Position numbers and translations under genes: made by a program
Shown here: positions 1-14,567 of the stretch, one piece after another
How the letters are laid out: each line of letters begins with the position of its first letter
How positions within the stretch are numbered: the first letter of the stretch is position 1
Notes under the pieces: model-generated
Told to the model about the DNA's origin: nothing
The model's database searches: none
The model's input: the letters and a program-made list of their open reading frames with translations, nothing else
Assembly (NCBI GenBank): GCA_002633005.1
Contig: NMRA01000138.1
Location: forward strand, 239,887-303,886
Length of the DNA stretch: 64,000 nucleotides
Reading direction: 5' to 3'
DNA from: Phoronis australis
Taxonomy: Eukaryota > Animalia > Phoronida

Positions 1-52
1 TCACTATATGCATTACGCGCTAAGATAAAGCGTGCAGATTCTTATTATTTAC

Positions 53-490
53 TTTCTACAAAATTGTGGTACATTGCTATCAAAATTCGTTGTTAAATTA
101 CGATCATTTTTCATAAAATTTTGTTGAAGTTCCAGGGCGAAATCTTGCCGACAAATGCGTAGCTGCTGGTCTCGCAATCGTCGATAGGGCTTGAATTCTT
201 AAATAAGAATACAGCTTTGACTCAACAAATTACCTGAAATCCTCCTCAAGTTTTCCAAATAGCGTCTCTAAGATTTTTAAGTTCTTGTGAAGTCTGGATT
301 AACTGCAGATTATGAGTCCAAATCTACGCTAGATTGTAGCACGCAACCCGAGAAAAATCTCTGTGGGAACACATGTTGTTGTCACGTGACGTTTGTTTTG
401 AAGTTTGTATGCGTGTGTGTGAGAGTAAGCGTGCGTGTGCTTGTCAGAGTTCATTTGCCAGAGTAATGTAATGATCTAGGTGTGCATTGT
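53..490 (+). repeat. Dispersed repeat, copy 1
   Basis: Colinear match to 62853-63300 (TTTCTACAAAATTGTGGT...GTCACGTGACGTTTGTTTTGAAGTT...TAGGTGTGCATTGTA). Confidence 0.85.
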
Positions 491-1059
491 ATCCAAAAAA
501 AAAAAAAATCAAGCAGTCAAGCAGAGCGTGTTTTAATATTTACGGCTTAGCACTTGCTGGCCTCATCTGCTAAAAACGTTCGAGAATTTTTTCGGTAAGA
601 CCGACATGTCACTCATTGAGTCGCCGGGTGAGTGGATGCGTGACCGTAGTGTAACAGCTATTTCCCGGAAGATTTGGGGTGTAAGGGTGCGAAGTGGGTC
701 ATTTTGACCTTAAAAACACCAATTATGATTAGTTAAATAATTTCTCTTAAAAATAATGCAGAAGCTTTTTACGGTATTGGAAACTTTCGGAAATTAGTGC
801 CAATATTTATTTGCCGATGCTATGTTACCCGATTAATCTTCGATGACAGTCGGTACATTATGCAGCGCGCGCTTCTTGGTCGCGTGCTAACACTGGTCGA
901 GTTTTTTTTTTTAGTCTTCGATTCACGGTTTTCACATGCACAAAGAAGTTTGAGGCCGGAGAAGATCTGTACTGGAAAGAAACAATGCAATCCCGCTCTT
1001 TGACAAGTACGCTGTGTCTGTTTTCAAAGTCCAGACCCGCGTAGTGGGGCACATCCCTC

Positions 1060-1316
1060 GCAAGAGCAGCAAAACTTCTGCGTTCTTTTTGAATCGCGGC
1101 GTAAGTTTGAAGTGTATACGGACATAACGGTGAGGCTCGTGGTCCGTTACAAATTCAGGCTGTCGGATCTTTCAATTGATAAATTGGAGACGTTAGAACT
1201 GTAGGTAAGGGCATTTTTCGCATGTAGTTCATGGGCTGGGCGCTTACTTTAGCAAAGTCTGAAAACGCGTTGGGGCACTTGTTGAGCCATGGGCGCTAAT
1301 TAGGGCGAATAGCGGC
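1060..1316 (-). mobile_element. Terminal part of a pogo-like DNA element
   Basis: Reverse-complement similarity to 15725-16015, with repeated GGGCGCTTA subterminal motifs. Confidence 0.65.
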
Positions 1317-1734
1317 AGAATTACAGCAGCGTAGTTTAATGCACACAAATTACACGTCGTGCAAACCAGTCGTCATCCCGTTTACCATCAACAATCCCAG
1401 TAGCCTTTGCGCACCCTAATTTCCGGACATGCGCAATCGTTAAATCGATTCGGTTGCAACTCCGCTATTCACATGTGTTTATATGTAATCTTATGTCAAT
1501 ATGTAGAGACAATTGGTTCTTATACTAATATGGGGGTCTGCACACCACTTAAGTCAGATGTGCTCCTCACTGAATATGGTAAAATCCACAGTGACGTAGC
1601 AGTGTCTCCATGTCTATGGTGGAAAGGATACGCAAGTTATAAATGACAAATGGCAGACAAATTACATTTTATAGTTTCATTTTTTCGAAAAGTGCACCAA
1701 ATGCTTTCAGTTCTAGCCAAGGACAGTTCATACA

Positions 1735-2760
1735 TAGAAACCTACAAATTTCATGAAATTCTGTCAAGGAACTCTGATGACTGAAGATAAAGCGGTAAAG
1801 CTAAAAAAATAAAAAAGCCATTAGGGGGCAGAGTGGTTGTAAGATTTGCCCGTAAGTGTTCATCATCTGTTGTCCCAATCATAGAAAAACATTTGCCAAA
1901 TTTCACAAAGATGGTGCACAGGGATAAGGAGATAAGCTGCAGGCACAAAAAAACAAATTGCCACAAGGCGCACACCCTTGTCAAAAATCAACGTCAGCCA
2001 TGGTCTTCTCAACATGAACAAATTTCATAATGATCCTTGGAACGGTTTGGCAGAAAGAGAGGTGGACGCCAAAAATAGACTCTTAAACAACAAAAATGTC
2101 TACTACCTGGTGGCTCAGAATACATTGAAATAAATATAAATGAAAAGGAGAATATGACGCTGACTCCATAACAGAAATTTATTTGTCAAATTTCATGAAA
2201 ATGTGTCAAGAACTCTGAAGATACAGAAGTAAACATAAAAAATAATAAAACTGCTGTTAGGGGTCATATCCGTCAGAAAGTTGTCATTGACCTACAAGGG
2301 CGGCAAAAAATGAAAATGCTAGTAAAAGATGCCACAGTAGAAGGGCTTCTGCGAAAATTGACGTCAGCCATAGTCTTCTCCACAAAAATACACCTCCCAA
2401 TTTTCATAAAGATCCTTTTAACAGTTTGGCTGGTGCAGAGGTGGACACCAAAAAAAAGTACTTGAAAATAATAAAAATGGCCACTAGGTAGCACAAGATA
2501 AGCCAAATCTATTAAAAAATGGGAGGGCATTGTTGTACTTTAATTAAGACATCTGTTTACCACATTTTACCTGAATCCATGAATGTCCTCCAAGATTATC
2601 AGAGGTACATAAATGTAAGAAAATAAAAATTGCGACTAGGGGCTAAAATAGTCGGACTGATCTGAAACTCTTCACCTTTTGTCTTCAGCTACATGGCAAT
2701 ACATCTGCCAAATCTTACTAAAATCCTGCAAGGGATTTAGCTGATACAGCAGAGGACGCG
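1735..2760 (-). mobile_element. Older, diverged family B internal region
   Basis: Shares unit landmarks with 48.1-49.2 kb: AAATTTCATGAAA...GTCAAGGAACT, AGAGGTGGACGCCAAAAA, AAAATGGCCACTAGG. Confidence 0.65.
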
Positions 2761-5294
2761 ATCAATTTCGTCAATTATTTTTGTAAGAATTGACAAGATT
2801 TTACTTAGCTGGAAACTGGAACTGTACCTTATTGTTTTTCTTCTCTGTTGTGGGAGCTTTCTCCTGGTGTTGGTACACAGAACAAAAATATCATAATTAT
2901 GATGAACAGCTATTTGGAATTTTTACTGGTACTGTACTCCTCTGGTTTAAAGGCCATGCTAATTTACAGTGTTGGAACTTCAGCAAATAAATGTACTAGC
3001 ACGCCAGGTCAGTTAGTCTGAAAAGTTACTGGCCCAGCTGTCAAATTGCTGTCTTTGCAATTAGCATCCTAACTACATTTTTCTCAATCTTTTCCATTTA
3101 CCCTAAATGCACACGTGCTTGAGAACCTTATTTTTTTGCTATTAACTTCAGGTAAGGATTTTTTGCCAACAGGTTCAAAAGTAAACTCATTGGTGAGAGG
3201 CAAACAAAACTAGTTAATAGACCTTTTTTGAATATGAGACCACATCCACATAGGGCCAATATCTGAAAGTAATTTGCCTGGCCGCAAATCCATTGGCCCC
3301 AGGCCACTGTGTATTTCGAACTGCTAATTTATACAACCCCGACTTCTTACAAGATTCTTTTGTGTTTGTGAACACCTTCACATCAGAATTTTATCTCCAA
3401 AAAATATGCAATCCACTTACCTTCAAGTATCAGTTGAACCTATCTGGCAACAAAATACCCAAACTCAAAATGCTCTTTATTGAAGGAGACATGAAATGGT
3501 TCTTTTGGCTAATAAGCATTCTAACATTATGATATGCATTGAGTAATTTATCTCAATGATCATGTTTGTGTGCAGAAAAACAGGGAAAACATTTGCAAAT
3601 GATCAGCCCATGGCTCACTTTGAGTGTGAATTAGAAAAATTAAAGCTAAGCTACATAAAAAGCTTGAGTCATGCTTAGCTATTATGTGCAATCCTTCCAT
3701 CCTAGATGGTAAGCCCCTTATTTATGTCCACGATCTACCAATGTTTTAATTAACACTTTAAAATGAAGTCTTGTGTCCATACGAAGCTCAATAAACCAAT
3801 CAACCATACATTTAACGCCCCTCCCCCCTAAATTACCAAATACTCTAAAGTTTTTGCTTTTAAGTACTCATGATGGTGTGAATGGGGACAACATATTTTC
3901 AGCACAAACCTACATTGCCAGTGTAATATATAAACACACTGTCCATCCACACTGCTGCGGCTTTCAGGTGTATTGAGCCTCTTGAGCCAAACCTTACACA
4001 CAGCAACTGACTACAATTGAGCTTTCTCACATGTATTTTGTTCATTTTCCATGAAAACAGATTTTCCTACCAGTGAAAGTTCCAAAATAAATAGCTAAAA
4101 TATAGACACAGCTATTTCTTCAAGGTAACATGTAGTCATGAAATCAATAAACCTAGCATTTTGACCTTGAAAAAATACGACCCCGGGTGATACAGGTTGA
4201 ATGGAGCAAAAATCCACACTGAAATTGGCAGATGTTTTGACAGAGTTTGTAATGTATCAAATGACATGAAAAATCTAATAGCACAGGCCAATTTGAAAAG
4301 TAACAGAAATGATGAAATCATTAAAACGGCAAGAAACACTGGCTGACAATCCTACCCACAAGTTGTTGATTCATCACAACAGTTGATAAAACTTCAATCA
4401 GTATGATAACCACGTGCTTTCATGTAATATTCTTCAGCACCAAACTCAATCATATACGGTCGTCAGCCTTGAAGTCACAGTCCTCCAACTGCATTGAACA
4501 TATACTAGATAGTGAACTCAGCAATGAGCACAGACATCAGTTCAAAGCCATGGATACTGATTAATGTTTAATCCTGAAGTTGTCTGTACACAGAATCAGC
4601 TGAATACATTAATTGAAACACTTTCTAATCCCATGGGTACTGAGTTACAACTGTATTAGGCTTAGTTATGAATGGGAACACCAGACAGTAAAAACAAACA
4701 GCACACCTAAGGCTAAAATTGGTATTACCCAACACTGGCATCAATAAAATGATAGCTAAGGTATGTACACAGTACTACCCTATTCACACCAGTTTGGTAC
4801 ACTGAAAAAAAATTATTATTTTGGTCAAGATCGGAGTTTCCAGAAATAGGCAATATCGGTCCTCCCAAATCCAAGAACTACAATAAACGATAAATGATCA
4901 TTTACCTCGATATTACACACTATTGAAACTCGTGAAAATGAAAGCGTTGTGACAGTGGCTAATTTTGACAAGTTGGTTTTCAGACTATGTTGATCCAAAA
5001 CAGTGTCCGATATCAGAAAAATATTATGAATGCCAAAATCGCCTATGTCTCAATCCTCAGAATCAGGAAAACTCAATTTCGCCTTCACCCTCAGTGTTCT
5101 AAATTTTATTTTATAGACTGTGCCAAATTGTAGAATTTTTACCATATGAGATTAACACTATAGTTGGAAGTTTCTTGCCTTTGTGCAAATACGAATATTG
5201 CGAATGCCAGTGTCTTCATCCTACTTATGAGCACTCTGACATCCAACGGTGAAACAGAAGAACAACTTTTCTTATTTTAAATGCAAAACGTCTA

Positions 5295-5892
5295 TCGGGA
5301 ATTTCCAAAAATAGGCCCACCCAAAAGTACCTCCATGGTTATACTTTCAGAAAATTTTCCTAAAGTACGTCAAAGGGTGTATTCTCAGCAACTGTTTGCA
5401 TGTTCTGAAAATCTCACAGATTGTTCTAAAATACGTATGTAATATATTCTGATGTAAAATTTTGTTTATTTTTGGGCAAATTGTTATATTTTTAGATTTC
5501 GATGTCACTCAAATGGCTATAATTTATCATTGACTTTGTTCGCAACTAACCATATTAACACAACAAGAAGGACAGTTTCATTGACGCACTGCATGTGTTC
5601 GGTGAATTACAAAGTATGGACTAGGATTAATGTGTTTCGTAGTCCTAGGAATGGATGAAGAATAAAGTTATTGCAAGTGAGATACTACATACACTAAAAA
5701 GGATGTATTTCTTTGAAAAAATTCACCTCAAACGTTTGTTTAACAAAATCCACAGTAAAATGTTTGATACAGTTTCTGAAAATGTGCCCTCCATTTAGGA
5801 AATACAACCAGGCATATATCTGGTTTCATTTGAGAATTTTAAAAGGTCGCATCCAAATATCCGCCCATAGGCCTATTTTCAGAAATTCCTGG
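5295..5892. mobile_element. Tc1/mariner-pogo type MITE, TA TSD
   Basis: TA|TCGGGAATTTCCAAAAATAGGCC ... GGCCTATTTTCAGAAATTCCTGG|TA. Confidence 0.55.
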
Positions 5893-6761
5893 TATTGTTA
5901 TTCCCTATTAAATTCAGGCAATATGACCACGAATTGCAATAGTTATTTCAGTGAAGGCTATTATATTCTCTAAGGTACTGTCATCTCTGCTCTGGTGAGA
6001 CTTGTTACAATAAACACAATAAAAATTAAGCAACAAATAATACCAAACAAGATGCCAATAGTACACCAGTAGACACTAAGGTATTTTTTTTGCTTTGACA
6101 TTAATTGAAAATTTATGACAATTAACATGAGATCTTATCAAAAATATACTAAAATTATTTTTCAAAAATTACTCCATGACCTTGGTTAGCAAATGATTGA
6201 TTGTTAAGGTAAATAACATTCCTAAGCGAGCACAGATTCCACAAGCTAAAGAAATACACTGTTATGAAAACCTTGAGATTTTATGAACATCTTATTTTTG
6301 TGGTAGAATTGAGATTTCAGACAAACATAATGCCCACAATCAGTGTCGTCTGCCACCAGCAAGTAATCCTTGAAGCAAATTCATAAAAAAATTTGAAGTC
6401 TTGAAATCCCTCGCTAGTTCATTTTGAAGTCTACGCATTGCCAGGCATAGTCACTCAGGTGATTGTTCAATATTCAAATTTCATTCACATTCTCATCTAC
6501 AGTAAGTTTCCCAGTACGAAGTGTAATCTCAGCTAGAGGAGGAAACTTCTACCTGCTGTCAAGAAAACTTTTAAGTTAAAACTTGAGTTCCTCGAAACAT
6601 CGGAGCTCACCTGCGCTAGATTCGATAGATGGACTTCTTAAAAGGTATGTTGCGTATGTTTGGTAAATTGGTCTTCACCCTCGTTTAAATTGATGTACGT
6701 ATTATGTAATCTCAGTATAATAACCCACAGTCTTCATTATGTACACTGTATTACCCGTACA

Positions 6762-7212
6762 CAAGGTATCTAAAACTAAACAGTTAACGGAATCATAAAC
6801 ACGGTCACAGACGCATGAACATGACTCACGGACTTGCAAACCCTGTCCACTGGCTCACAAACACCAGAACGGACTTACAAAACACGACCCATTCACCCAA
6901 ATACACGGGACACGGACTCATATTCACGAGGAAACACGGTTAACGGAACGCCAAACACGGGTCACGGACTCATCGACTTCCTGGGTCAGCTGACATCTAC
7001 ATTTTGTCCGTAAACCGTGTTTGGCAGTCTGTAAACCATGTTTCTTCGTGAATGTGAGTCCGTGTCCCGTGTATTTGGGTGAATGGATCGTGTTTTGTGA
7101 GTCCGTTCCCGTGTTTGTGAGTTAGTGGACGGTGTTTGCAGGTCCGTGAGTCGTGTTCATGCGTCCGTGACCGCGTTTATGAATCCGTTAACCGTGTAGT
7201 TTAGGTACCTTG
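6762..7212. mobile_element. Foldback MITE with CAAGGTA...TACCTTG termini and 5-bp TSD (GTACA)
   Basis: ~200-bp inverted arms built of ACACGG/ACGGACTC subrepeats. GTACA at 6757-6761 and 7213-7217. Confidence 0.85.
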
Positions 7213-8891
7213 GTACATGTATCTATGAAACCGGGGATAGAATCTTAACTTCAAGCGGTTTTGTTCGTTTTCCTATACATGTATCAGCCAAATGCACTGT
7301 GGTATTCCAGGAAGTGGCCATTGTTATGTATGGGAAAACAGGCACCTGAATCTCTCAATGACTCCTAACCATACCAGAAGTAAAGGTTATCTCAAACCTT
7401 ATTTAGTGGCCTCCATTCTAACTCGTTTTTCAAAAAACTTAGCTTTGTCAACCAGTAAAAGTATATATTATATTTTCTGAAAGGAAAAAGATCAGGGAAT
7501 ATAAAAATATTTTGTATTTATGTTCCATTATTATTATTACGTCAACACCTTTTTTAAGTCAAAATTTCATTTTTAAGAAAGGTACATTCATAGGAAAATA
7601 ACCCCTCAGTCAATTTTAATGAAACCTTTTTTTAAATGAAAACTTCACCAGTTACCTAAAAATTTTTGATTAGTCCTTTCGTTTGGTTTCTATAACAAAT
7701 CAAATCACAAAACGAAAGGAATTTTTATAAAAATAGAAACTGTATTCATCTCTGTTAAATTACATAAAAACGGGACTTTTTATCAAAAATCCCAATTAAG
7801 TTTTTGAGATTGATGAATAAATATTAAGTTTGGAAAGTTTCAGCGAATTCCACTAGGCCGCTTTCGAGAACTCGTGTTCCAAAGTTCAAATAAAGTCAAT
7901 TTGCCAAAGCCGAGAGAAAGCCGATTAAACTGGGACGAGTGAAAATCTCAAAGTCTTTGGTTAATTATTCGATGAAAACTTGTTTTTATAAATATAACCT
8001 ATACATGCCTTAACCATGTTAGCTATTTCAACACTCACTCGCAATGTAAACTGAATTTACAATGCGTAATCAACTTAATTATCATTAAAACATTTCGTCC
8101 TCAGCCACAAGGTAAGACCAACTGTTACTGTTGTTTGACCTACTTAAACGTAGGTCACAGTACATTGTTATTAACATAGTTTGTACACATCACGTGGCGG
8201 GAGACTGATGTGAAACCAAGTACGAAATGGATAACAAAAATCGAGTCAGTGGTTAAAGCATGTTGTGAGAAATGTCAATTTACTTATTGAATAAGGAATT
8301 TGGGTGAGGATTTATCTCATTTCACAACTTGCTGTGGTCATTACCACACAGGCGTAAGGCGACTTGTAGCATTCGTTCTCAACCGTTGTATGCATGTGGA
8401 TGCACAACTCCCTTAGGATCAAAACTATGTTTTGTCTTTGTTTTCCCCGGCACCATTCTATCATAAGTACACCTCGTTGACAGGGGGTACATACAAAGCT
8501 GTTCTGTACCTGGCGAGAGATTTTATTTGAGTGACCGCCCTGTAACCTTTGACCTTGGTTAAGAAGCAAACAAATATGCACACGGTTGTGCGGTTTCAAG
8601 GTGGTACTGCTAAACCTGTTTTCTCACTACACGGTATATATTGGTGTTTGAAGTTCTCTGAGAATGAAGATAACGTATTTTGCTAAACATATGTGAAATA
8701 TTGTAAAAATGGCCAATTTTTGTGACTAAGGTTTGAGATAACCTTAATACATACCTGTTTGTAAGTGGTGAATAATGGGAACTGACACTGTGTTGGGAAT
8801 AACTAGGCAACAGATAGGGTAAAAAGGACGGAGAACATATACTGAAACAAGCAATACATTTGGATCATTAGATATTGGAATTACCTCTTGA

Positions 8892-9458
8892 GGTGCTTTC
8901 CCATTAGGGAAACTTCAGTTTACCAACGGATGGGAAACTTTGGTTTACCAAAGTTTTGCCAAAACTTAGCTAACCTTTCCCACTTAACAGCAATATCAAA
9001 GTTATCGCAAGATGTTCATTAAGTCATAGAAGTAAGCACCAGACAGTGAAGTTCATTAGATTTGTACTCACAAACAAATATTGAGTGGTGGGTTCCAGAA
9101 TAACTGAAAATTGTTCTCCGCCATTTACCGGTGTTTATGAAAATGATCAGTGTCATTCTTCATCAGATGTGAATTCTTTTATATTTACCTGCATCTATTG
9201 AGAGCACATCAGTGGCACTATGATAACACAGAACATGTTTTGCGCGGCATTCTATATCGTTGCCACGACTCTACCAACAACTTCGTTGAAGTTTCATTCT
9301 GACCTTTCCCTCTTCACAAAAGTTTCGGTGAGAACTGAAGCTTCGCTTTCAAAGCCAACAATTTTCAGTGAAGTTTCTCTTGCATATTAACTACGGGATT
9401 TAACCTTTTGCACTTACCAAAACTTCACTAAAATTTTCGCCTCTAGTGGGAAAGCACT
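8892..9458. mobile_element. Harbinger-like MITE
   Basis: TIR GGTGCTTTCCCATTAG / CTAGTGGGAAAGCACT, with repeated GAAACTT/GAAGTTTC motifs inside. Confidence 0.5.
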
Positions 9459-12400
9459 GTTTCAGGACTATGGGTATCAGAAGGCTGACCACATTATTTT
9501 ATTACATTTATAAAAAATCGAGCCAACGAAACACTTCTAAATATCTCTATGAGAAGCTCTGCAAATGGACATCCATAGCCTTTGGCAACTATAAGCACAA
9601 AGGTGTCTGATCTTCCATTGAAAATAAAACAAAAATAAAAACTTGTCTTGAGGCTGTGACTTTCGTGAAAAATAGGTTAACTTTTGAAATTGAGGAAAGA
9701 GCTTAGTAAAAAGTTACACAGTAATTGCTTTATTTAGAGTTAAAATTAAAATTTGTCAAAAATCATTACGGTACAACCATTTTGCCATTTCAAAATCACA
9801 ACTCTCTATACAACTATGTCGATTTGGTGAAAATTAAAAGCCAAAGTTGAAACACCACGTCAAAAAGAAGCCAACAGTGAGGGATGACCATCCTTTTGAG
9901 GCCAAGACCTGAATATTACATGACTTAAAGTTAGGGGAAAAGTGCAGCCATGAAGTTACTCAATAATGCATAAGCTTGTTTAATACGACTTTTTAGACCC
10001 AGCAAAATAAAATAAAATCAAAAAACCAAATTAAAAATAATAATAATTTGGCCAGATTTATGTACCGCTGTAAACTACTAAGCACTTCGAAAATTATTAC
10101 CTAGCTGTTAACCAGGTAAATCTTAATCCTTCTCCATTTCCTGGGACCATACAGTGAGAGCAGCCATTGTCAGAATACACCAATTGGTCCAAAATTTCAA
10201 AATGCTTAACTGCTGCCTTGGTTACCTGAATCGGAAAAAATCTTGCAAAATTTCTGAAAACGTGTGCGGGCAAAAGTGTTCCTACTGAGGAAAGAACAGA
10301 TAAGTTTTGGGCAAATCTGACAACTGTGGTGCCTCCACGCAACAAATTTTTGTATCTAAAATTGTCCAATGATGTTTCTTCATAAAATTTGTCTTGTGTG
10401 AAACTTAATGAGGAGAGCGAGCACAACTTATGTTGAGCTCTGGATAAATACAACTACTGCTTTACCGTAGGCCCATATCACCGAGGACTATATGCTTAAT
10501 AATTCCCGCAGTTCAATTCTCAGCAGCCACCATGAATTATTCATGCTTGAATTTGATGATTTTGACCTAAGTTGACGGAAATTATTTCTGCACTATATAG
10601 CTTTAAGCAGTGTTTTCATATGACTGGGTAGATTTTTAAATTTTTAATTACCTGTTGCCCAGGACAACTAAAATATTGCAGCCTTATTTATGTGACAAGT
10701 TTGCCTAATGCAAATTCCAAGCCATTCATCATCACTGGATAATTTGTTCAATCTCATTGTCAGCTATAATTATGGTAAGCATGAAAATTCCTGTGATACA
10801 ACACAGTTCTTAAAAGACAATCCTCTCTTGCAATCACAGGTTGTAGATTTGGACCGGCAGCCATTAGACGTTGCATGTTGTTAGTTGGCTTCTTATAACT
10901 TCTAAAAAGAAAATGTATGTTAAAACTGGGTTGGTAAATACACCACAACAAAGAGTAGTATTGAAACAAATTAAGAGTCCTTTGAACTACAGATGTTTAA
11001 CTAAACACAAAGTAGTCCGAAAACCAGTAACCCCTTCCAGGAAAAAGTAGTACCATAGGGATTACAGTGGAATCACCAAATGTGCTTTAGAAATTTTAGT
11101 ATCACAACTGTCATGACACAAAATACACAGAGGATAACAAGATGGTGAGATGAGAATTAAACCACACTGAACCCTACCCCTCATGGGTTGGTGTTGGTGT
11201 GGTAATGTATTAAAACCCTTATTTGATATCTAAGACATGTTACATGCAGGGTAGACCAGGATATGACAGGACAGGACAGGACAAAATACTGCACAATGCT
11301 AGTACTGTACTTACATGCGCTCACAGATGATATATCAGACATGTTTTTTTAACATTTTAAATAAGCTTCAAGCTCTGAAATAGAATAGGGAAACAACAGT
11401 TACAGCATAGTAGACCACAACATTTAAATGCAAAGGTCAAGCAAAATCTAATGTAGCAATTAACCCAAGTTCCATTAAAGAAACTAAATTTTGATTTAGA
11501 CTACCAACCACTAATGAAATTTGTCTCACCTTGTTCCATACTCAGATGAGAAGTGATTTTTGGCCTTGCACTTTTAAGTTCTTAAAAGAACTGAAAGTTC
11601 ATTATTGTTTGTGAATAAAATGATGCTCTGATAAGCCAGGTTGTCAAGCCTGGTCTCAAAAATAAACTCATTCCAAGCCCAGAAATCACATCTATTTGGA
11701 CAAGTGGAATAACTTGAGACCAACTCCATAACATTAAGTGGTCTCAATCAAAAATAGTTTTTTGTAATGGAAGGTGAGTTTACAGCTTTTACATACAAAT
11801 AAAAGCAGACAACAGAGTGACATTTATGACATTGAATGATAAACAATGATGATCTTTGATAATAATAATAAACTGAAACTGACCTCGCCCCATTGTTTAA
11901 CCCGCACAGAGTGAGGCAAAATGCTCACCACCATAAAACGGTAAAAATTCTCCAGTTTGCCAGTTTCTAAAATTTGAGACACCAAAATCCAGGTCAAAAT
12001 TGAAATTTTGATTTTGAAGATTGGGACATCTGAAATTTTAGTGTTCTTCATGTTTCTGTATTTTGTTAAGAGTTCACAAAATGTTTGCTAATACATATTT
12101 GTTTATGGAATCCATTCCCATATTGTGAGTGAAAACCAACCTCAAGACAGTAGCCTTCAAATCATCTACTAACAATTAAAATCCAACATTTTTCCGAAAT
12201 CATCCCAGATCGGAAACTCGGAAAGCTAATTCAAATGCAAAACAAGAGGCAATCGGTCACAATTCTTTAACACCACTGTACGCTAATCCATTTTCTGAGC
12301 ACATGGACCTGGAATGTCTATCAAAAATCATGTGAAACTGGGATCAACTATTAACCTGTAGTGAATGCTCCTGGTTAACACGGCAAAATGAATTTTACTG

Positions 12401-12926
12401 CAAAATTGACTAACACATGAGCTGCATAAACACTGACTTCCAGATGATCATTCACATAAGCCTACAATTTCAAGGGACATGGAAAATGTTTCATCAATAA
12501 CGCTGATATTTCGGCAATAATAATTAAGTCTTAAAACTCTTTGCAACAGGCTATCAGCAAAGTGTGTAGTTTCTCCCAACACCTAAATTACTAATACTAA
12601 TTTGTTCCTTTGAGGGCTGCTGGCAAAATTTAGTGCATCCGTAGTACTAAAGTACATGTTACAAATTTCTGTTGATAGTGATGTCAGTGCCAGCTACAAC
12701 GATGCTGAAGGCACTAAAAACAAATGAGAAATGCTGACGATGCCAGCAACACTTGGAAAACACAAGGAAGCTGACGCCTGGTTTGTCAGAGTGAATTGTC
12801 TGCAGGAAACGAAAATGTCAATCATGCCAGAACAACCATGCGACTAGAGTTAGAGCAACACTGACAAGCCTGGAGAACCTGAGAGTCAATGACTGTGAAC
12901 ACCGTTGATGAAACCGTTTTACCAAC

Positions 12927-14402
12927 AAATGAAAGCAATCTAAAGTCGACACTTGGCGAAACTGAATGACAAAGAAATGAAAATGAAGATGATCTGATAA
13001 AAATCACAATGATCATGATAATGATTTTGATAATTGCATGATTATTGCTGATGATGAACGATAATGACATATAGGCTAACAGGGCAGCAGAGAGTAAATG
13101 GAGAATGCCACCCAAAAAAACAACCTATTTTGCATCAATTTAGATTGAGTAGTTCCACTCGATAACAGCAAGTACAGTTCGTTTACGTGTGAAATTAACC
13201 AATGACATCACAGGTTCGAACGCAGTCTATTCATCTGTGAGTTCACAACACGCTTACTGGTGTCAGCTTATCACTTGAATTCATCGTTTTACACCAATAA
13301 ATCATCAAAATTCTATGCAAAACCCTTACAAATACATTGAGTTCTTGAACGAACATGTTGTTTTATTTTTCTCGAGGATATCGAAAACTTTCCTGGCAGC
13401 TTGATAGTGCGCACAAGCAGGAACTATACAGCACACCATAGCGGCACTCATTCAGTAGAAGAACCACTGACGTCGCTGCGTCGTTTCTCACGTTCCTCAC
13501 AGGTTAACGCAACACCAAGTGTCGGCAAGGTAAGATCAACCGTATACGAGGCGATGTGGATATAGACTGATTAAGACAAAAAAAAAATTAAATCGGGTAG
13601 CATTCTCCTTTAATGCAACAAAAAATCAGTCACCAATAGAGGCCAATTAATGAGCAGCAGATAACTCAAATACGATAAGTCGTAGAGAAAAATGGGAACT
13701 GTCAACATAATTTTCGTAGCCCAATGAGACCTATTTGTACACCAAGTTTCAAAAAGTACCTCCACAATGTTGAAAATGACAATCACTATGTGACCTCATG
13801 TCCCATTTCAACACAAACCAACAGGATTTGAGCTGTCCTGAAAAAAGCATGTCTAAAGTACATTTCAAGTTAACGGTTTAAAAATGTGAGCTTTATGATG
13901 CCAACAAACAAGAAAACATTTAAGCAAGCAAGCAGAAATTTGGAACAGAATTGTGCACTTGCCAAATTTCAAAATAGCTGCATGTGAGTAAGAACACCTG
14001 TTGAAATCCCAGCACTGAATGATGACAAAGATGAAGGCAACTTCAAAAACGATGACAACAACTGTGTCCATGAAGACACAAATGATCAACCTTAAAGTTC
14101 ATGACATAACACTGACAATGCAATTAAGTGATGCCACCAGCAACACGTGAACATTGATGGACTCTGATGCATCAAGAACCTGCATGAGTATGACACCAGC
14201 AATGACATTCACACCGTTGCCCAAAGAACTGACAGCTAGCAATGCCAATGCTGTTGACACGTATCAGTTTTTACACAATATAGTCCAACATAGACAGTGA
14301 CAACATCATTGACACAACCAATGACCAGTTACAGAGCAACTTAACTGTCGAGTGTGCTATCAGAGTATAATTTACTTTGAAAAATTTCATTTCGCCAAGT
14401 AA
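12927..14402 (-). mobile_element. Diverged Helentron-like family A copy
   Basis: Starts AAATGAAAGC...ACACTTGGCGAAA, then GAT-rich tract, ends AAAATTTCATTTCGCCAAGTAA: same termini as 39453-42652. Confidence 0.6.
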
Positions 14403-14567
14403 TGAGTGCCACTTTAGGCATAACACAACCCAAGGTCGACAGTTGGGCAGGGATGAACTGTTGCCATACATGAAAATTTGTCTTAAGACTTGAGAACATT
14501 TCAGCAACCACACTGACAGAAATTCAGGAAACAACACAGCAAACTCTGAGGCAAATGTAACCAATAA

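Noticed and set aside
6762-7212. Transib/ProtoRAG assignment based on the 5-bp TSD
   Set aside because: Termini are CAAGG, not the CAC/RSS-like heptamer; no nonamer-like motif or RAG-like ORF.
10097-10453. 118-aa minus ORF with an AG..GT-bounded segment
   Set aside because: No domain similarity, and the phase is incompatible with the candidate first exons.
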